Assembly: GCA_045532805.1 (NCBI GenBank)
Contig: JAZSGQ010000073.1
Coordinates: 1-51,443 of the forward strand
Direction of reading: 5' to 3'
Source: Eubacteriales bacterium
GTDB taxonomy: Bacteria; Bacillota; Clostridia; Oscillospirales; CAG-272
Length of the DNA stretch: 51,443 nt
The notes under the pieces were generated by a model that saw only the letters and a program-made list of their open reading frames with translations, was not told the DNA's origin and did no database searches. A program made the translations under genes and the position numbers. Shown piece by piece: positions 18,605 through 28,674 of this stretch (positions are counted from its first letter, which is position 1; the number at the start of each line of letters is the position of its first letter).

Positions 18605-19747
18605 TCAGGTAAAAAGGGGCGGCCACGTGGTAAGCCGTGCGGGCGTGAGCGTGCCGTCAAGGCAAAGCGCATACAGTCCGTCGCACACGGCCGAAAGCGC
18701 GCGGGCGCGGGAGGCGGCGTCGCCCAGCGCCACGATCTCGGATTGCTTGGTTACCACGGGAACGGTGCGAGTTTTGCGCGTTTTCGCCAGGTATTCCCTA
18801 CCGCGTGCGTTGGCGGCAAGCAAGCGCAGATACGCGGGGGGTGCCGTGAGATCCTCGCGCTTGACGCCTGCAAGCAGACAGAGCAGCGCGCGGCGAATGC
18901 GCCCGTCGGTATAGCGCTTGGTGGCGGCGGCGCGGCAGAGCGAGGCGTAGTCGGTGGCGTCGCCCGCGGCGTTCACAAGATGTGCGGCAAGGCCGACGCC
19001 GCACTCGGCGGAATCCTTTGCAAAGCGCCCCGCGCGTAGAGCCGCAAGCATCGCGCTCCCCAAGCGCGCCGTATCGGCAAGGCCGTATTCCGCCACGGCT
19101 TTTCTGAAAATTTCCACCCCGTCAGGGGGGATATGCGCTACAATATCCTCGCCGCGTGCAAGCGACGACCGCAGAGCCGTGGCCGAGGGGTAGGAACACT
19201 CGACGTCCGTGTCGCGGTAGGCGGCGCCCACGCGCTTCACGGGCAGAAGGTCCATCGTGTGCCCTTCGGCAAGCACCGCGCGGGCGTATTCGAGGGCTAA
19301 AATATCGTTGGAGGCGGGGCACTCCCCAAGGGTGGCAAAGTGCGCGGCGGCATCGCCCGTGTCGGGGGTGTATGCGTTCCGCTTCGCTTCAAAATCGGGG
19401 TCCAGGAGACGCTTGGCACCCGCAAGAAGTGCCGACGCGTCGGCACTCTCACTGCCGAAGGTGAGCGTATCGCAACCGAGCGCCGCGAGTGCGCGCACGC
19501 CTGCGGTGGCGAAATAGCGCGCGCTGGCGGCGGCATACGGGAACGGGAGTTCCAGCACAAGATCCGCACCCGCCGCCACAGCCATAGCCGCGCGGGGCAC
19601 AGGGGGCAGGATCGCCGCCTCGCCGCGCTGGGTGAAGTTGCCGCTCATCAGGCAGACAACAAGTCCCCTCTCCCCGGCACTCGCGAGATGGTAGGCGTGT
19701 CCCTTGTGCAACGGGTTGTATTCACAAATAATGCCGAGCGTGTGCAT
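18605..19747 (-). CDS. tmcAL: tRNA(Met) cytidine acetate ligase TmcAL (HIGH nucleotidyltransferase)
   Basis: GIICEYNPLHKGH, MSGNFTQRGE, GADLVLELP, NDILALEY, SATALR; true start at 19747 inside the longer track ORF. Confidence 0.85.
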   Translation of the reverse strand: MHTLGIICEYNPLHKGHAYHLASAGERGLVVCLMSGNFTQRGEAAILPPVPRAAMAVAAGADLVLELPFPYAAASARYFATAGVRALAALGCDTLTFGSESADASALLAGAKRLLDPDFEAKRNAYTPDTGDAAAHFATLGECPASNDILALEYARAVLAEGHTMDLLPVKRVGAAYRDTDVECSYPSATALRSSLARGEDIVAHIPPDGVEIFRKAVAEYGLADTARLGSAMLAALRAGRFAKDSAECGVGLAAHLVNAAGDATDYASLCRAAATKRYTDGRIRRALLCLLAGVKREDLTAPPAYLRLLAANARGREYLAKTRKTRTVPVVTKQSEIVALGDAASRARALSAVCDGLYALCLDGTLTPARLTTWPPLFT

Positions 19748-19784
19748 AGACGTTCCTTTCTTTATGAAAAATATGATAAATATC

Positions 19785-19813
19785 TTGAAATTATATGGCA
19801 AATGTGCTATACT
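19785..19813 (+). promoter_or_regulatory. Sigma-A-like promoter of ackA
   Basis: TTGAAA-17nt-TATACT with TG extension. Confidence 0.65.
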
Positions 19814-19843
19814 ATTAGACGATAAAATTTTTGGAGGATTATT

Positions 19844-21067
19844 ATGAACGTTCTGATTGTAAATGCAGGCTCCAGTTCCCTCAAGTATCAGTTGATCGAC
19901 ACCGCAAGCGAGACCGTATTCGCAAAGGGTATTTGCGAGCGTATCGGTGCCGAGGGCTCCAAGATCGAGCACAAGCACCTTGGCAAGGGCCTCAAGGTTG
20001 AGGAAGAGATCGCCATGAAGGATCACGCCGACGCCATGCGCGCCGTGGTCGCCAAACTCACCGACACCGAGTGCGGCTGTATCGCCAGCATGGACGAGAT
20101 CGAGGCAGTCGGTCACCGCGTGGTGCACGGCGGTGCTTTCTTCTCCGCTTCCACCCTGCTCACCGACGAGGTGCTGGACAAACTGCGTCAGTGCCACGAC
20201 TTCGCACCTCTTCACACGCCCGCGCACATCACGGGTATCGAGGGTTGCCTTGCCGTTATGCCCGACAAGCCCCAGGTACTGGTGTTCGACACCGCATTCC
20301 ATCAGACGATGGCTCCTTCTGCGTACATGTACGCACTCCCCTATGAGATCTACGAGAAGTACGGCGTGCGCCGCTACGGTATGCACGGCACCTCTCACCG
20401 CTTTGTTTCGGGCGAGATGTGCCGTATTCTCGGCAAGACTGAGGGCACCAAGATCGTGACCTGCCACATCGGCAACGGTTCCTCCATTTCCGCCGTGAAG
20501 GACGGCAAGGTGATGGATACCTCGATGGGTTTCACCCCTCTTGCAGGCGTGGAGATGGGCACGCGTTGCGGCGATATCGACCCCGCGATCGTTCCCTACC
20601 TCATGGAGAAAATGAACCTCTCCACCTCCGAGGTCAATGACCTGATGAACAAGAAGTCGGGCTTCCTTGGCATTTCGGGCTTCTCTTCCGACTCCCGCGA
20701 CCTGGAGTCTGCCATCGCCGACGGCGAGAGCAATCCTCGCTACACGCGCTCCAAACTCGCCGTGGATATGCTCGCTTACCAGATCAAGAAGTACATCGGT
20801 GCATACGCCTCCGCGATGAACGGTGTGGACGCCATCGTCTTCACCGCAGGTCTTGGTGAGAACAATCCTCACCTGCGCGAACTCGTTTGCGAGGATATGG
20901 AGTACCTTGGCATCAAGCTGAACAAAGAAGTCAACGACAAGGCACTGCGTCAGCCCAATATCGTCAAACTCTCCGCCGATGACTCCCGCGTGGCCGTATA
21001 CCTCATTCCCACCAACGAGGAACTGGTGATCGCACGCGACACCGAGGCACTGGTATCGGGCAAGTAA
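19844..21067 (+). CDS. ackA: Acetate kinase
   Basis: NAGSSSLK, GHRVVHGG, FDTAFHQT, DTSMGFTPL, PTNEE. Confidence 0.96.
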   Translation: MNVLIVNAGSSSLKYQLIDTASETVFAKGICERIGAEGSKIEHKHLGKGLKVEEEIAMKDHADAMRAVVAKLTDTECGCIASMDEIEAVGHRVVHGGAFFSASTLLTDEVLDKLRQCHDFAPLHTPAHITGIEGCLAVMPDKPQVLVFDTAFHQTMAPSAYMYALPYEIYEKYGVRRYGMHGTSHRFVSGEMCRILGKTEGTKIVTCHIGNGSSISAVKDGKVMDTSMGFTPLAGVEMGTRCGDIDPAIVPYLMEKMNLSTSEVNDLMNKKSGFLGISGFSSDSRDLESAIADGESNPRYTRSKLAVDMLAYQIKKYIGAYASAMNGVDAIVFTAGLGENNPHLRELVCEDMEYLGIKLNKEVNDKALRQPNIVKLSADDSRVAVYLIPTNEELVIARDTEALVSGK

Positions 21068-21123
21068 TACTGTAATCAGTATAGCATAGCGCATCTGTTT
21101 TCGCAAGTGAAAAAGGAGAATTT

Positions 21124-22785
21124 ATGAGCAATAAAGTTTTGAATAAGCTGTCCTCGTTCGACGGCGTAAAGGGCCCTGTGCTGACCATTGTGATGGACGG
21201 CGTGGGTCTGGCACCCGACACGGCGGGCAACGCGGTGAAGTCCGCTTACACCCCCGTCCTTGACCGTCTGCTTGCCGAGCGCCCCATGGTGGCACTGCGC
21301 GCACACGGCACGGCTGTGGGTCTGCCCTCCGACGACGATATGGGCAACTCCGAGGTGGGTCACAACGCCCTGGGTGCAGGTCAGGTCTTTGCACAGGGTG
21401 CAAAACTCGTGTCGAACTCCATCGAGTCGGGCAAGATGTTTGCAAACGCCACCTGGCAGGAACTGATCGGCAACGTGAAGTCCACAGGCGGCACGCTCCA
21501 CTTCCTGGGTCTGTTCTCTGACGGCAACGTACACTCGCACATCGACCACCTGAAAGCCATGCTCGCAGAGGCAAAAAAAGAGGGCGTAGCGTGCGTGCGC
21601 GTGCATATTCTCATCGACGGACGCGACGTGGGCGAGACCTCGGCGCTGGAATATATCGAGCCGTTTGAGGCCTTCCTTGCCTCGCTGAACGGCGACGGCT
21701 TTGATGCCGCTATCGCCAGTGGCGGCGGCCGTATGTGCATCACGATGGACCGTTACGAGGCGAACTGGGGCATGGTGGAACTCGGCTGGCGCACGCACGT
21801 GCTGGGCGAGGGACGCCGCTTTGCCAGTGCCGCCGAGGCCGTGACCGCCTACCGCAACGAATTGCACGTGATTGACCAGGATCTGCCTCCCTTCGTCATT
21901 GAGAAGGACGGCAAGCCCGCGGGCACGATCGAGAACGGCGACAGCGTGATCTTCTTCAACTTCCGCGGCGACCGCTCCATTGAGATTTCCAAGGCCTTTG
22001 ACGGCGGCGCAGAGTTTGACAAGTTCGACCGTGTGCGTGTGCCCGAGGTCGTTTACGCGGGTATGCTGGAGTATGACGGCGACCTGCACATTCCGAAAAA
22101 GTATCTGGTATCGCCCCCCGAGATCACCAACACGATGGGTGAATATCTGGCAAACACGGGCGTTTCCCAACTTGCCATTTCCGAGACGCAGAAGTACGGC
22201 CACGTGACCTACTTCTGGAACGGCAACAAGTCGGGCAAGTTTGACGAGGCACTGGAGACCTACATTGAGGTTCCCTCCGACGTGGTGCCCTTTGAACAGC
22301 GCCCCTGGATGAAGTGTGCCGAGATCACCGACAAACTCATCGAGTGCCTGGAGTCTGGCAAGTACCGCTATCTGCGCGTCAACTTCCCCAACGGCGACAT
22401 GGTGGGCCACACGGGCAGTCTTGCCGCCACCCGTTGCTCGATGGAGGCGCTTGACCTGCAACTGGGTCGCATTCTCCCCGTGCTTGACCGTCTTGGCGGC
22501 GTGGCACTCATCACCGCCGACCACGGCAATGCCGATGAGATGTACGAGACCGACAAGAAGGGCGAGCCCAAGGCAGACAAGAACGGCTGCTACAAGGCAA
22601 AGACCAGCCATACCCTGAACCGCGTTCCCTGCATCATTTACGACAACACCGATGCCGCAAAATCCTATACCGTTAAGGCAGATAACGGCCGATTTGGCCT
22701 TTCCAACGTGGCCGCCACGATGGTGAACCTGATGGGCTTTGAGGCACCCGAGATGTGGGACGAAAGCATCATTGAGGTAAAATAA
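21124..22785 (+). CDS. gpmI: 2,3-bisphosphoglycerate-independent phosphoglycerate mutase
   Basis: MDGVG, MGNSEVGH, SDGNVHSH, DGRD, NGDMVGHTG, TADHGN. Confidence 0.95.
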   Translation: MSNKVLNKLSSFDGVKGPVLTIVMDGVGLAPDTAGNAVKSAYTPVLDRLLAERPMVALRAHGTAVGLPSDDDMGNSEVGHNALGAGQVFAQGAKLVSNSIESGKMFANATWQELIGNVKSTGGTLHFLGLFSDGNVHSHIDHLKAMLAEAKKEGVACVRVHILIDGRDVGETSALEYIEPFEAFLASLNGDGFDAAIASGGGRMCITMDRYEANWGMVELGWRTHVLGEGRRFASAAEAVTAYRNELHVIDQDLPPFVIEKDGKPAGTIENGDSVIFFNFRGDRSIEISKAFDGGAEFDKFDRVRVPEVVYAGMLEYDGDLHIPKKYLVSPPEITNTMGEYLANTGVSQLAISETQKYGHVTYFWNGNKSGKFDEALETYIEVPSDVVPFEQRPWMKCAEITDKLIECLESGKYRYLRVNFPNGDMVGHTGSLAATRCSMEALDLQLGRILPVLDRLGGVALITADHGNADEMYETDKKGEPKADKNGCYKAKTSHTLNRVPCIIYDNTDAAKSYTVKADNGRFGLSNVAATMVNLMGFEAPEMWDESIIEVK

Positions 22786-22792
22786 AACCACG

Positions 22793-22820
22793 GGTGGGTG
22801 GCGTTGCCACCCACCCTTTT
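22793..22820 (+). terminator. Intrinsic terminator after gpmI
   Basis: GGGTGGGTGGC-GTT-GCCACCCACCC-TTTT. Confidence 0.75.
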
Positions 22821-22839
22821 CACGCGAAAGGACGTCGCC

Positions 22840-23547
22840 ATGAAATTCAAGACCGAACTCCACGCACACACCGCACCCGTGAGCGTGTGCGCCGATATCA
22901 CCATTGAGGAAACAATCGAAAAGTACGTGCAGGAGGGCTATACCACGCTGGTGCTGACCGACCACCTCAACGTACAGACCTTTGACCACCCAACGATCCA
23001 CCGTTATACGGGTAGCGAGGATTGGGACGAGCGCGTCGATTACTATATGACCGCCATCGCACGCGCACGCGAGGTGGCGGCAGGGCGCATTCACGTGCTC
23101 CAGGCCAGCGAGATCGCGCCAAACCGTCTCTATACCGACTATCTCGTGTACGGTCTCGGTGAGGATTTTTATCGCGCGCACCCCAACATTATGGGCTACA
23201 AGACAAAGGAACTCTGCGAGGCGGTGCACGAATGGGGCGGCCTTATCTATCAGGCGCACCCCTTCCGCAACACGATGATGATAACCGATCCGCGCCTTTT
23301 GGACGGCGTGGAGGTGTGGAATGCGCACCCCCATCACGATTCGCGCAACGATTTTGCGCGGTTGTGGGCGGAGCGCTACGGCCTTCGTATGATCTCGGGC
23401 AGTGATATGCACCACCCCTGGCAGACCGCGGGCGGCGGCATTCTCACCGATCACCCCATCACCACGATGGACGAACTGACAGAAGTGCTCCGCAGTGGCG
23501 AATACGAGTTGATCTGCGAGGGACGCCCCGGCGAAAAGGCGAAATAA
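22840..23547 (+). CDS. PHP-domain metal-dependent phosphoesterase
   Basis: ELHAHT, LTDH, AHPFR, GSDMHH. Confidence 0.85.
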   Translation: MKFKTELHAHTAPVSVCADITIEETIEKYVQEGYTTLVLTDHLNVQTFDHPTIHRYTGSEDWDERVDYYMTAIARAREVAAGRIHVLQASEIAPNRLYTDYLVYGLGEDFYRAHPNIMGYKTKELCEAVHEWGGLIYQAHPFRNTMMITDPRLLDGVEVWNAHPHHDSRNDFARLWAERYGLRMISGSDMHHPWQTAGGGILTDHPITTMDELTEVLRSGEYELICEGRPGEKAK

Positions 23548-23555
23548 TGGTGTGA

Positions 23556-23596
23556 AAAAGCACGCACCGAGCGATTGCTCGGTGCGTGCTTTTTTC
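23556..23596. terminator. Bidirectional intrinsic terminator
   Basis: AAAAGCACGCACCGAGC-GATT-GCTCGGTGCGTGCTTTTTT. Confidence 0.85.
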
Positions 23597-23611
23597 TACC
23601 CGTTATAAGGG

Positions 23612-24973
23612 TTATTGCAGTTTGTACTGATATTCCTCATACGTGCCGCGGTAGTTGATGGCGACCACGCAAGTGAGCGTGGAGGTGGCGGCGTCAAAGC
23701 CGTTGAAGCCGAAGATCATACGCGCGCCGATCTCACCCGAAAGGTCTGCGATCTGGCGGGTAAGCCCCGTGGCGGGATCGTAGGTGCACAGTGTGGTGGC
23801 GGTGTTGAACACGATCACGTCACCAAAGGAGCAAAGCCCCACCCAAGCGGCACGGTACAGCCCCGTGGGTGCCTCCCAACGCACACCGTTCAGCACCTTG
23901 ACGATCTCCATCGTCTCGGCGGTGCCGCTACACAGCACAGTGCCCTGCTCCTCATCATAGAAGGCGCAGTAATACTTGTCGCCGTGCGATATCATCGGGG
24001 TGTTGGCGTTGTGCCAGAGTGCCGCGTCAAAGCGCGTGTCCTCGGCCACCTCGGTGGCCTTCCACTCGACCTCACGGCCAAGCGACCAAAGCGCCTCGCC
24101 ACTCACAAGGAAGTATTTATAACTGATATAAGAGGGGTAAACGGGTGCGGTTTCGCCGCCCGCATCGTCCCAGGTGATATCCACGTGGTACCACGCGCCG
24201 TCCACCTTCACCAGGTTCCAGGCGTGATCCATTTCGGTACTGGTGACGGGCAGGCACTCGATATGGGCCTCCTCGCACAGTGCGATAAACGCGAGCATAT
24301 ACGCCTGACATACGCCCGTGCCGTCCTTGAAAAAGCGATATGCATCACGAATGCGATCCTCTTCGGACACCTGGCGGTAGTCGTAGGAATAGTGCTGTAC
24401 GAGGTAATCGTGCAGATACAAAACGGTATCAAATTCCGTACCGTCCTCGGGGATCGTGTCAACGATCGCCTGCACGGCATTCTCGTACTCCGCGATCATC
24501 GCGGGGATCTCGGCCTTGTCATACAGGTAGCGCAAGCGCACCTGCGAGATCACGTCACTGCCCACAACCGTTTGGATCTGATACCCCGTGCTGACGTAGA
24601 AGAACTGCGGGTGCGTGAAGAAGAAGTGCTCCATTTGCTCCCTGATCTCGGCATCGGTCAGACCAAACTGCGTGACGTTCACGTCCTCCTCAAGAGCGAG
24701 GATCGCGTCTGCCAGCACCTCTTCCAGTGCCGCGTCCCCGGGGGCCACGGGATTCGAGGGATCATAGGGCGAACCACCGCCGCCGCTTGGCGGATTCTTT
24801 TGCTGCTTCCAGTACTCAAACAGTGCCGAGAAGGGGCTATCCTCGCTCGTCACCATATCGTAGAACGCGGAAAACTCCTCGAAAAAGCCGTTCTGGTGGA
24901 GGAACAGCACACAAGCCGCCAGCAATGCCAGCGTGACGATCAACGGAATGATCACACGGAACAACAGTTTCAC
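23612..24973 (-). CDS. Membrane-anchored transglutaminase-like (Cys-His-Asp) protein
   Basis: N-terminal TM; GVCQAY, HAWNLV, HVDITWDD triad. Confidence 0.8.
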   Translation of the reverse strand: MKLLFRVIIPLIVTLALLAACVLFLHQNGFFEEFSAFYDMVTSEDSPFSALFEYWKQQKNPPSGGGGSPYDPSNPVAPGDAALEEVLADAILALEEDVNVTQFGLTDAEIREQMEHFFFTHPQFFYVSTGYQIQTVVGSDVISQVRLRYLYDKAEIPAMIAEYENAVQAIVDTIPEDGTEFDTVLYLHDYLVQHYSYDYRQVSEEDRIRDAYRFFKDGTGVCQAYMLAFIALCEEAHIECLPVTSTEMDHAWNLVKVDGAWYHVDITWDDAGGETAPVYPSYISYKYFLVSGEALWSLGREVEWKATEVAEDTRFDAALWHNANTPMISHGDKYYCAFYDEEQGTVLCSGTAETMEIVKVLNGVRWEAPTGLYRAAWVGLCSFGDVIVFNTATTLCTYDPATGLTRQIADLSGEIGARMIFGFNGFDAATSTLTCVVAINYRGTYEEYQYKLQ

Positions 24974-25000
24974 GGCGTACTCCCCCTTTCTTTTTTGATC

Positions 25001-26107
25001 TTACTTGGCGTTCATCTTGAGATAAGCGTTGATGAAACCGTCGATATCGCCGTCCATAACGGCACCGATATTGCCGTTTTCAAAACCCGTTCTGGTGTCT
25101 TTTGCCAGTGTGTAGGGCATAAAGACGTAGGAACGGATCTGCGAGCCCCACTCGATGTTGACCTTGTTGCCCTGGATCTCCTCGATGGTGTCCAGTCGCT
25201 CGCGGAGTTTGATCTCCATGAGTTTGGCTTTGAGCATCTTCATCGCGGTCTCTTTGTTCTGTAACTGGCTACGCTCGGTCTGGCAACCGACCACGATGCC
25301 CGTGGGCTTGTGCAGAATACGGATCGCGGAGTCGGTCTTGTTGATGTGCTGACCGCCCGCGCCGCTGGAACGGTGCGCTGTGACCTCGATATCCTCGTCA
25401 CGGATCTCGACCTTATCCACGTCGGCAAACTCGGGCATGACCTCAATGGAAGCAAAGGACGTCTGACGGCGGCCTGCCGCATCGAAGGGGGACACGCGCA
25501 CCAGGCGGTGCACGCCGTTCTCGCTTTTCAGATAGCCGTAGGCGTTGTTGCCCTCGACCATAATGGTGGCGCTCTTCAGACCTGCCATATCGCCGTCCAA
25601 CCAGTCCACAAGTTTATACTTGAAGTTGTGGCGCTCTGCCCAACGCGTGATCATACGGTAGAGCATCTGTGCCCAGTCCTGCGCCTCCGTGCCGCCCGCA
25701 CCCGGGTGGAAGGAGACGATGGCGTTGCTGTGATCGTATTCACCGCACAAAAGGATCTCCATACGCTGGGTCTCTTCTGCCGCACGAATGGCGGCAAGTT
25801 CACCCTCAACTTCCTCAAGGCAGGATTCGTCCTCGGCCTCAATGGCGATTTCGGCCAAGGCGATCGCGTCCTCCAGACGCGCACCGAGTGCCTCGTATTC
25901 TTCAATGGTGTCCTTGCTCTGCTTTAACTCCTGCAGTACCTTGGAGGAGTTCTCCTGATCTCCCCAGAAAGCAGGGTCGGAGGTCTTTTGCTCCAACTCC
26001 GCAACACGACCCTTCAGGTCCTCGATGCGCAGTGCACTGCCGAGATCCTCCACTTTTTCACGCATATCCACAAGTTCACGCTTGGCGTTTTCCAATGCAA
26101 TAATCAA
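25001..26107 (-). CDS. prfB: Peptide chain release factor 2
   Basis: GAGGTEAQDWA, SPF motif (RVSPFD), GGQ, WGSQIRSY; TTG start after GGGAGG; continuous ORF. Confidence 0.95.
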   Translation of the reverse strand: MIIALENAKRELVDMREKVEDLGSALRIEDLKGRVAELEQKTSDPAFWGDQENSSKVLQELKQSKDTIEEYEALGARLEDAIALAEIAIEAEDESCLEEVEGELAAIRAAEETQRMEILLCGEYDHSNAIVSFHPGAGGTEAQDWAQMLYRMITRWAERHNFKYKLVDWLDGDMAGLKSATIMVEGNNAYGYLKSENGVHRLVRVSPFDAAGRRQTSFASIEVMPEFADVDKVEIRDEDIEVTAHRSSGAGGQHINKTDSAIRILHKPTGIVVGCQTERSQLQNKETAMKMLKAKLMEIKLRERLDTIEEIQGNKVNIEWGSQIRSYVFMPYTLAKDTRTGFENGNIGAVMDGDIDGFINAYLKMNAK

Positions 26108-26201
26108 TGCTTCCTCCCGCCGCAACGTACGCGGCATTTCTAAACATATCGATACAGTATATAGTATACCATATTTTCGCAGTTTTGGCAAGGGGCGGCG
26201 C

Positions 26202-26249
26202 AAAAAAAGCACACCCGACCGTGATCGGTCGGGTGTGCACCGTTTTTTT
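26202..26249 (-). terminator. Intrinsic terminator after serA
   Basis: A-run, GCACACCCGACCG-TGAT-CGGTCGGGTGTGC. Confidence 0.75.
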
Positions 26250-26250
26250 G

Positions 26251-27399
26251 TCAGATCACTCTTGCGCGGCGGACACCGTCAAGAGCGGCGAGTTCCGAGA
26301 GTTTCGCCTCGTCGGGGGCGGTGGCCACGTCCACGATGGTATAGGCGTTGTTGCCGCGCGTGCCCGTGGTCATATTGACGACCGTAAGGGACGCCACGGC
26401 GGCGGTAAGGCCTGCCAGTGCCTCGGGGGTGTGGAGCACGCAAACGCGCGCGGCGCCTGCGACGGGCGCGTTGACGGCGGGATAGTTGACGCTGTTGCGG
26501 ATATTGCCACAGCGCAGATATTCGTCCAGTTCCTCGGCGGCCATCACGGCACAGTTATCCTCGGACTCCTCGGTGGAGGCGCCCAGGTGAGGAATGGTAA
26601 TGGCACCTGCCATTTCCACGGTCTCCTCGGTGGGGAAATCGGTCACGTAAGCGGCGGCCTTGCCACTTGCAAGCGCGGCGGCCATATCGGCGGCATTCAC
26701 CAGTTCCGCGCGGGCAAGATTGATGATCTTGACGCCGTCTTTCATCACGGCAAGCGTCTTCTCGCAGATCATACCCTTGGTGTCCGCCGTGGCAGGCACG
26801 TGCAAGGTGATGTAATCGGCCTTGGCAAACACCTCGTCAAAACTTGCGGCGCACACCACGCGGCTATCCAGGCGAAGCGCGCCCGGAACCGAGAGGAACG
26901 GGTCACAGCCGATGACGTTCATACCAAGCGCGAGAGCCGCGTTGGCCACCAGAGCGCCGATGGCACCAAGACCGATCACACCAAGCGTTTTGCCTTGGAT
27001 CTCACAACCGCCAAACTGCGATTTGCCCGCCTCGACCTGCTTGGCAACGTCGGCCGTGCCCGCAAGCGAGCGCGACCAGTTGATGCCCTCCACCACTTTA
27101 CGGGAGGCAAGCAACAGTGCGCAAATGGCCAGTTCCTTGACGCCGTTCGCGTTGGCGCCCGGGGTGTTGAATACCACGATGCCCTCTTCGGCACAGCGGT
27201 CCACGGGAATGTTATTGACGCCCGCGCCCGCGCGCGCAATGGCGAGCAGTTCTTTGTTGAAGGTCATCTCGTGCATCTTTGCCGAGCGCACCATAATGCC
27301 CTCGGGGGCGGCAACGTCGGTGCCGACGTTGTACAGAGTCGCGTCAAGACGGTCAGTGCCGACCTTGGCGATCTTATTGAGCAGTTGAATGTTTTTCAT
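26251..27399 (-). CDS. serA: D-3-phosphoglycerate dehydrogenase
   Basis: RAGAGVNNIP, GVIGLGAIG, PHLGASTEE; directly downstream of serC. Confidence 0.85.
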   Translation of the reverse strand: MKNIQLLNKIAKVGTDRLDATLYNVGTDVAAPEGIMVRSAKMHEMTFNKELLAIARAGAGVNNIPVDRCAEEGIVVFNTPGANANGVKELAICALLLASRKVVEGINWSRSLAGTADVAKQVEAGKSQFGGCEIQGKTLGVIGLGAIGALVANAALALGMNVIGCDPFLSVPGALRLDSRVVCAASFDEVFAKADYITLHVPATADTKGMICEKTLAVMKDGVKIINLARAELVNAADMAAALASGKAAAYVTDFPTEETVEMAGAITIPHLGASTEESEDNCAVMAAEELDEYLRCGNIRNSVNYPAVNAPVAGAARVCVLHTPEALAGLTAAVASLTVVNMTTGTRGNNAYTIVDVATAPDEAKLSELAALDGVRRARVI

Positions 27400-27410
27400 G
27401 TTTGTTCCTC

Positions 27411-28502
27411 TTATGCCTTGGGATTCTCGGCGGCAAACTTCTTCATAAATGCCACCAGTGCCTCGACGCCCTCATAAGGCATCGCGTTGTAGATCGAAGC
27501 GCGCATACCGCCAACCGAGCGGTGGCCCTTGAGGTTCTTGAGTCCTGCGGCAGAACTCTCCTTGGCAAACTTCTTGTCAAGGTCTGCGTCGCCCGTGACG
27601 AAGGTGACGTTCATCATCGAACGGCTGTCCTTCTTGACGGGAGCCACGTAGTAGTCCTGGGAATCCAGGTAATCGTAGAGCAGTGCGGCCTTCTTCTTGT
27701 TGCGCTTCTGCATCTCCTCAAGACCGCCGATGGAAACCAGCCAGTCATAGACGAGTTTGGCGATATAGATGGAGTAGCAGGGGGGCGTGTTGTACATCGA
27801 GCCGTTCTCTGCCATGATCTTCCACTCCAGCATCGTGGGCATCTGCGCCTGGGCATAATCCAGCAGATCCTCGCGCACGATCACCACGGTGACGCCTGCG
27901 GGTGCCATATTCTTCTGCGCGCCTGCGTAGATCACGCCGAAGCGGCTGACGTCAACGGGCTCGGAAAGAATACAGGAGGACATATCCGCCACCAGCGGAA
28001 TGTCGCCCGTGTCGGGAATGTCGGCATACTTGGTGCCGTAGATGGTGTTGTTGTAGCAGATGTGCACGTAAGCCGCGTCGGGACGGAACGCATCCTTGGT
28101 GAGCGCGGGAATGTGATCGAAGTTATCGGGCTTGCTGGTTGCGGCGCAAACCACGTCATAGCCCAGTTTCTGTGCCTCCTGGAACGCTTTGCCCGAGAAC
28201 TGACCCGAAACCACGTAATCTGCCTTGCCCGTGCGACCGATGAGGTTCATCGGAATGGCGGCGAACTGCGTGGAGGCACCGCCCTGCAGGAACAGCACCT
28301 TGTAGTTGTCGGGGATCTGCATCAGATCGCGGAGCAGTCTCTCGGCATCGGCGATGATGGCTTCATAATCAGGGGAACGGTGGGACATCTCCATCACGGA
28401 CATGCCCGACGTGCCGTAGCACAGCATCTCGGCGGCGGCTCTTTCCAACACGGGAACGGGCAGCATGGAAGGGCCGGCAGAAAAGTTATATACTCTGTTC
28501 AT
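27411..28502 (-). CDS. serC: Phosphoserine aminotransferase
   Basis: NFSAGP, EMSHRS, QGGAS, AGAQKN, GHRSVGGMRASIYN. Confidence 0.96.
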   Translation of the reverse strand: MNRVYNFSAGPSMLPVPVLERAAAEMLCYGTSGMSVMEMSHRSPDYEAIIADAERLLRDLMQIPDNYKVLFLQGGASTQFAAIPMNLIGRTGKADYVVSGQFSGKAFQEAQKLGYDVVCAATSKPDNFDHIPALTKDAFRPDAAYVHICYNNTIYGTKYADIPDTGDIPLVADMSSCILSEPVDVSRFGVIYAGAQKNMAPAGVTVVIVREDLLDYAQAQMPTMLEWKIMAENGSMYNTPPCYSIYIAKLVYDWLVSIGGLEEMQKRNKKKAALLYDYLDSQDYYVAPVKKDSRSMMNVTFVTGDADLDKKFAKESSAAGLKNLKGHRSVGGMRASIYNAMPYEGVEALVAFMKKFAAENPKA

Positions 28503-28674
28503 TTTTATATCCTCCTTGCGGGATTGTGATTACCTTTCATTATAACAGTTCTCGTTGACAGTGTCAAGCACTTCGTTAATATTTTAGCAAGTTAAAGCAA
28601 AAAAGTTTCGGCTTGTGGGGTTTGCTTGACACAATACACAAAAAATGATAGAATGGGGGTAGGAGGTGATCGGA

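Noticed and set aside
19748..21106. 833-aa ORF suggesting a large N-terminal fusion to TmcAL
   Set aside because: The extension is the antisense shadow of ackA; TmcAL has its own RBS and start at 19747
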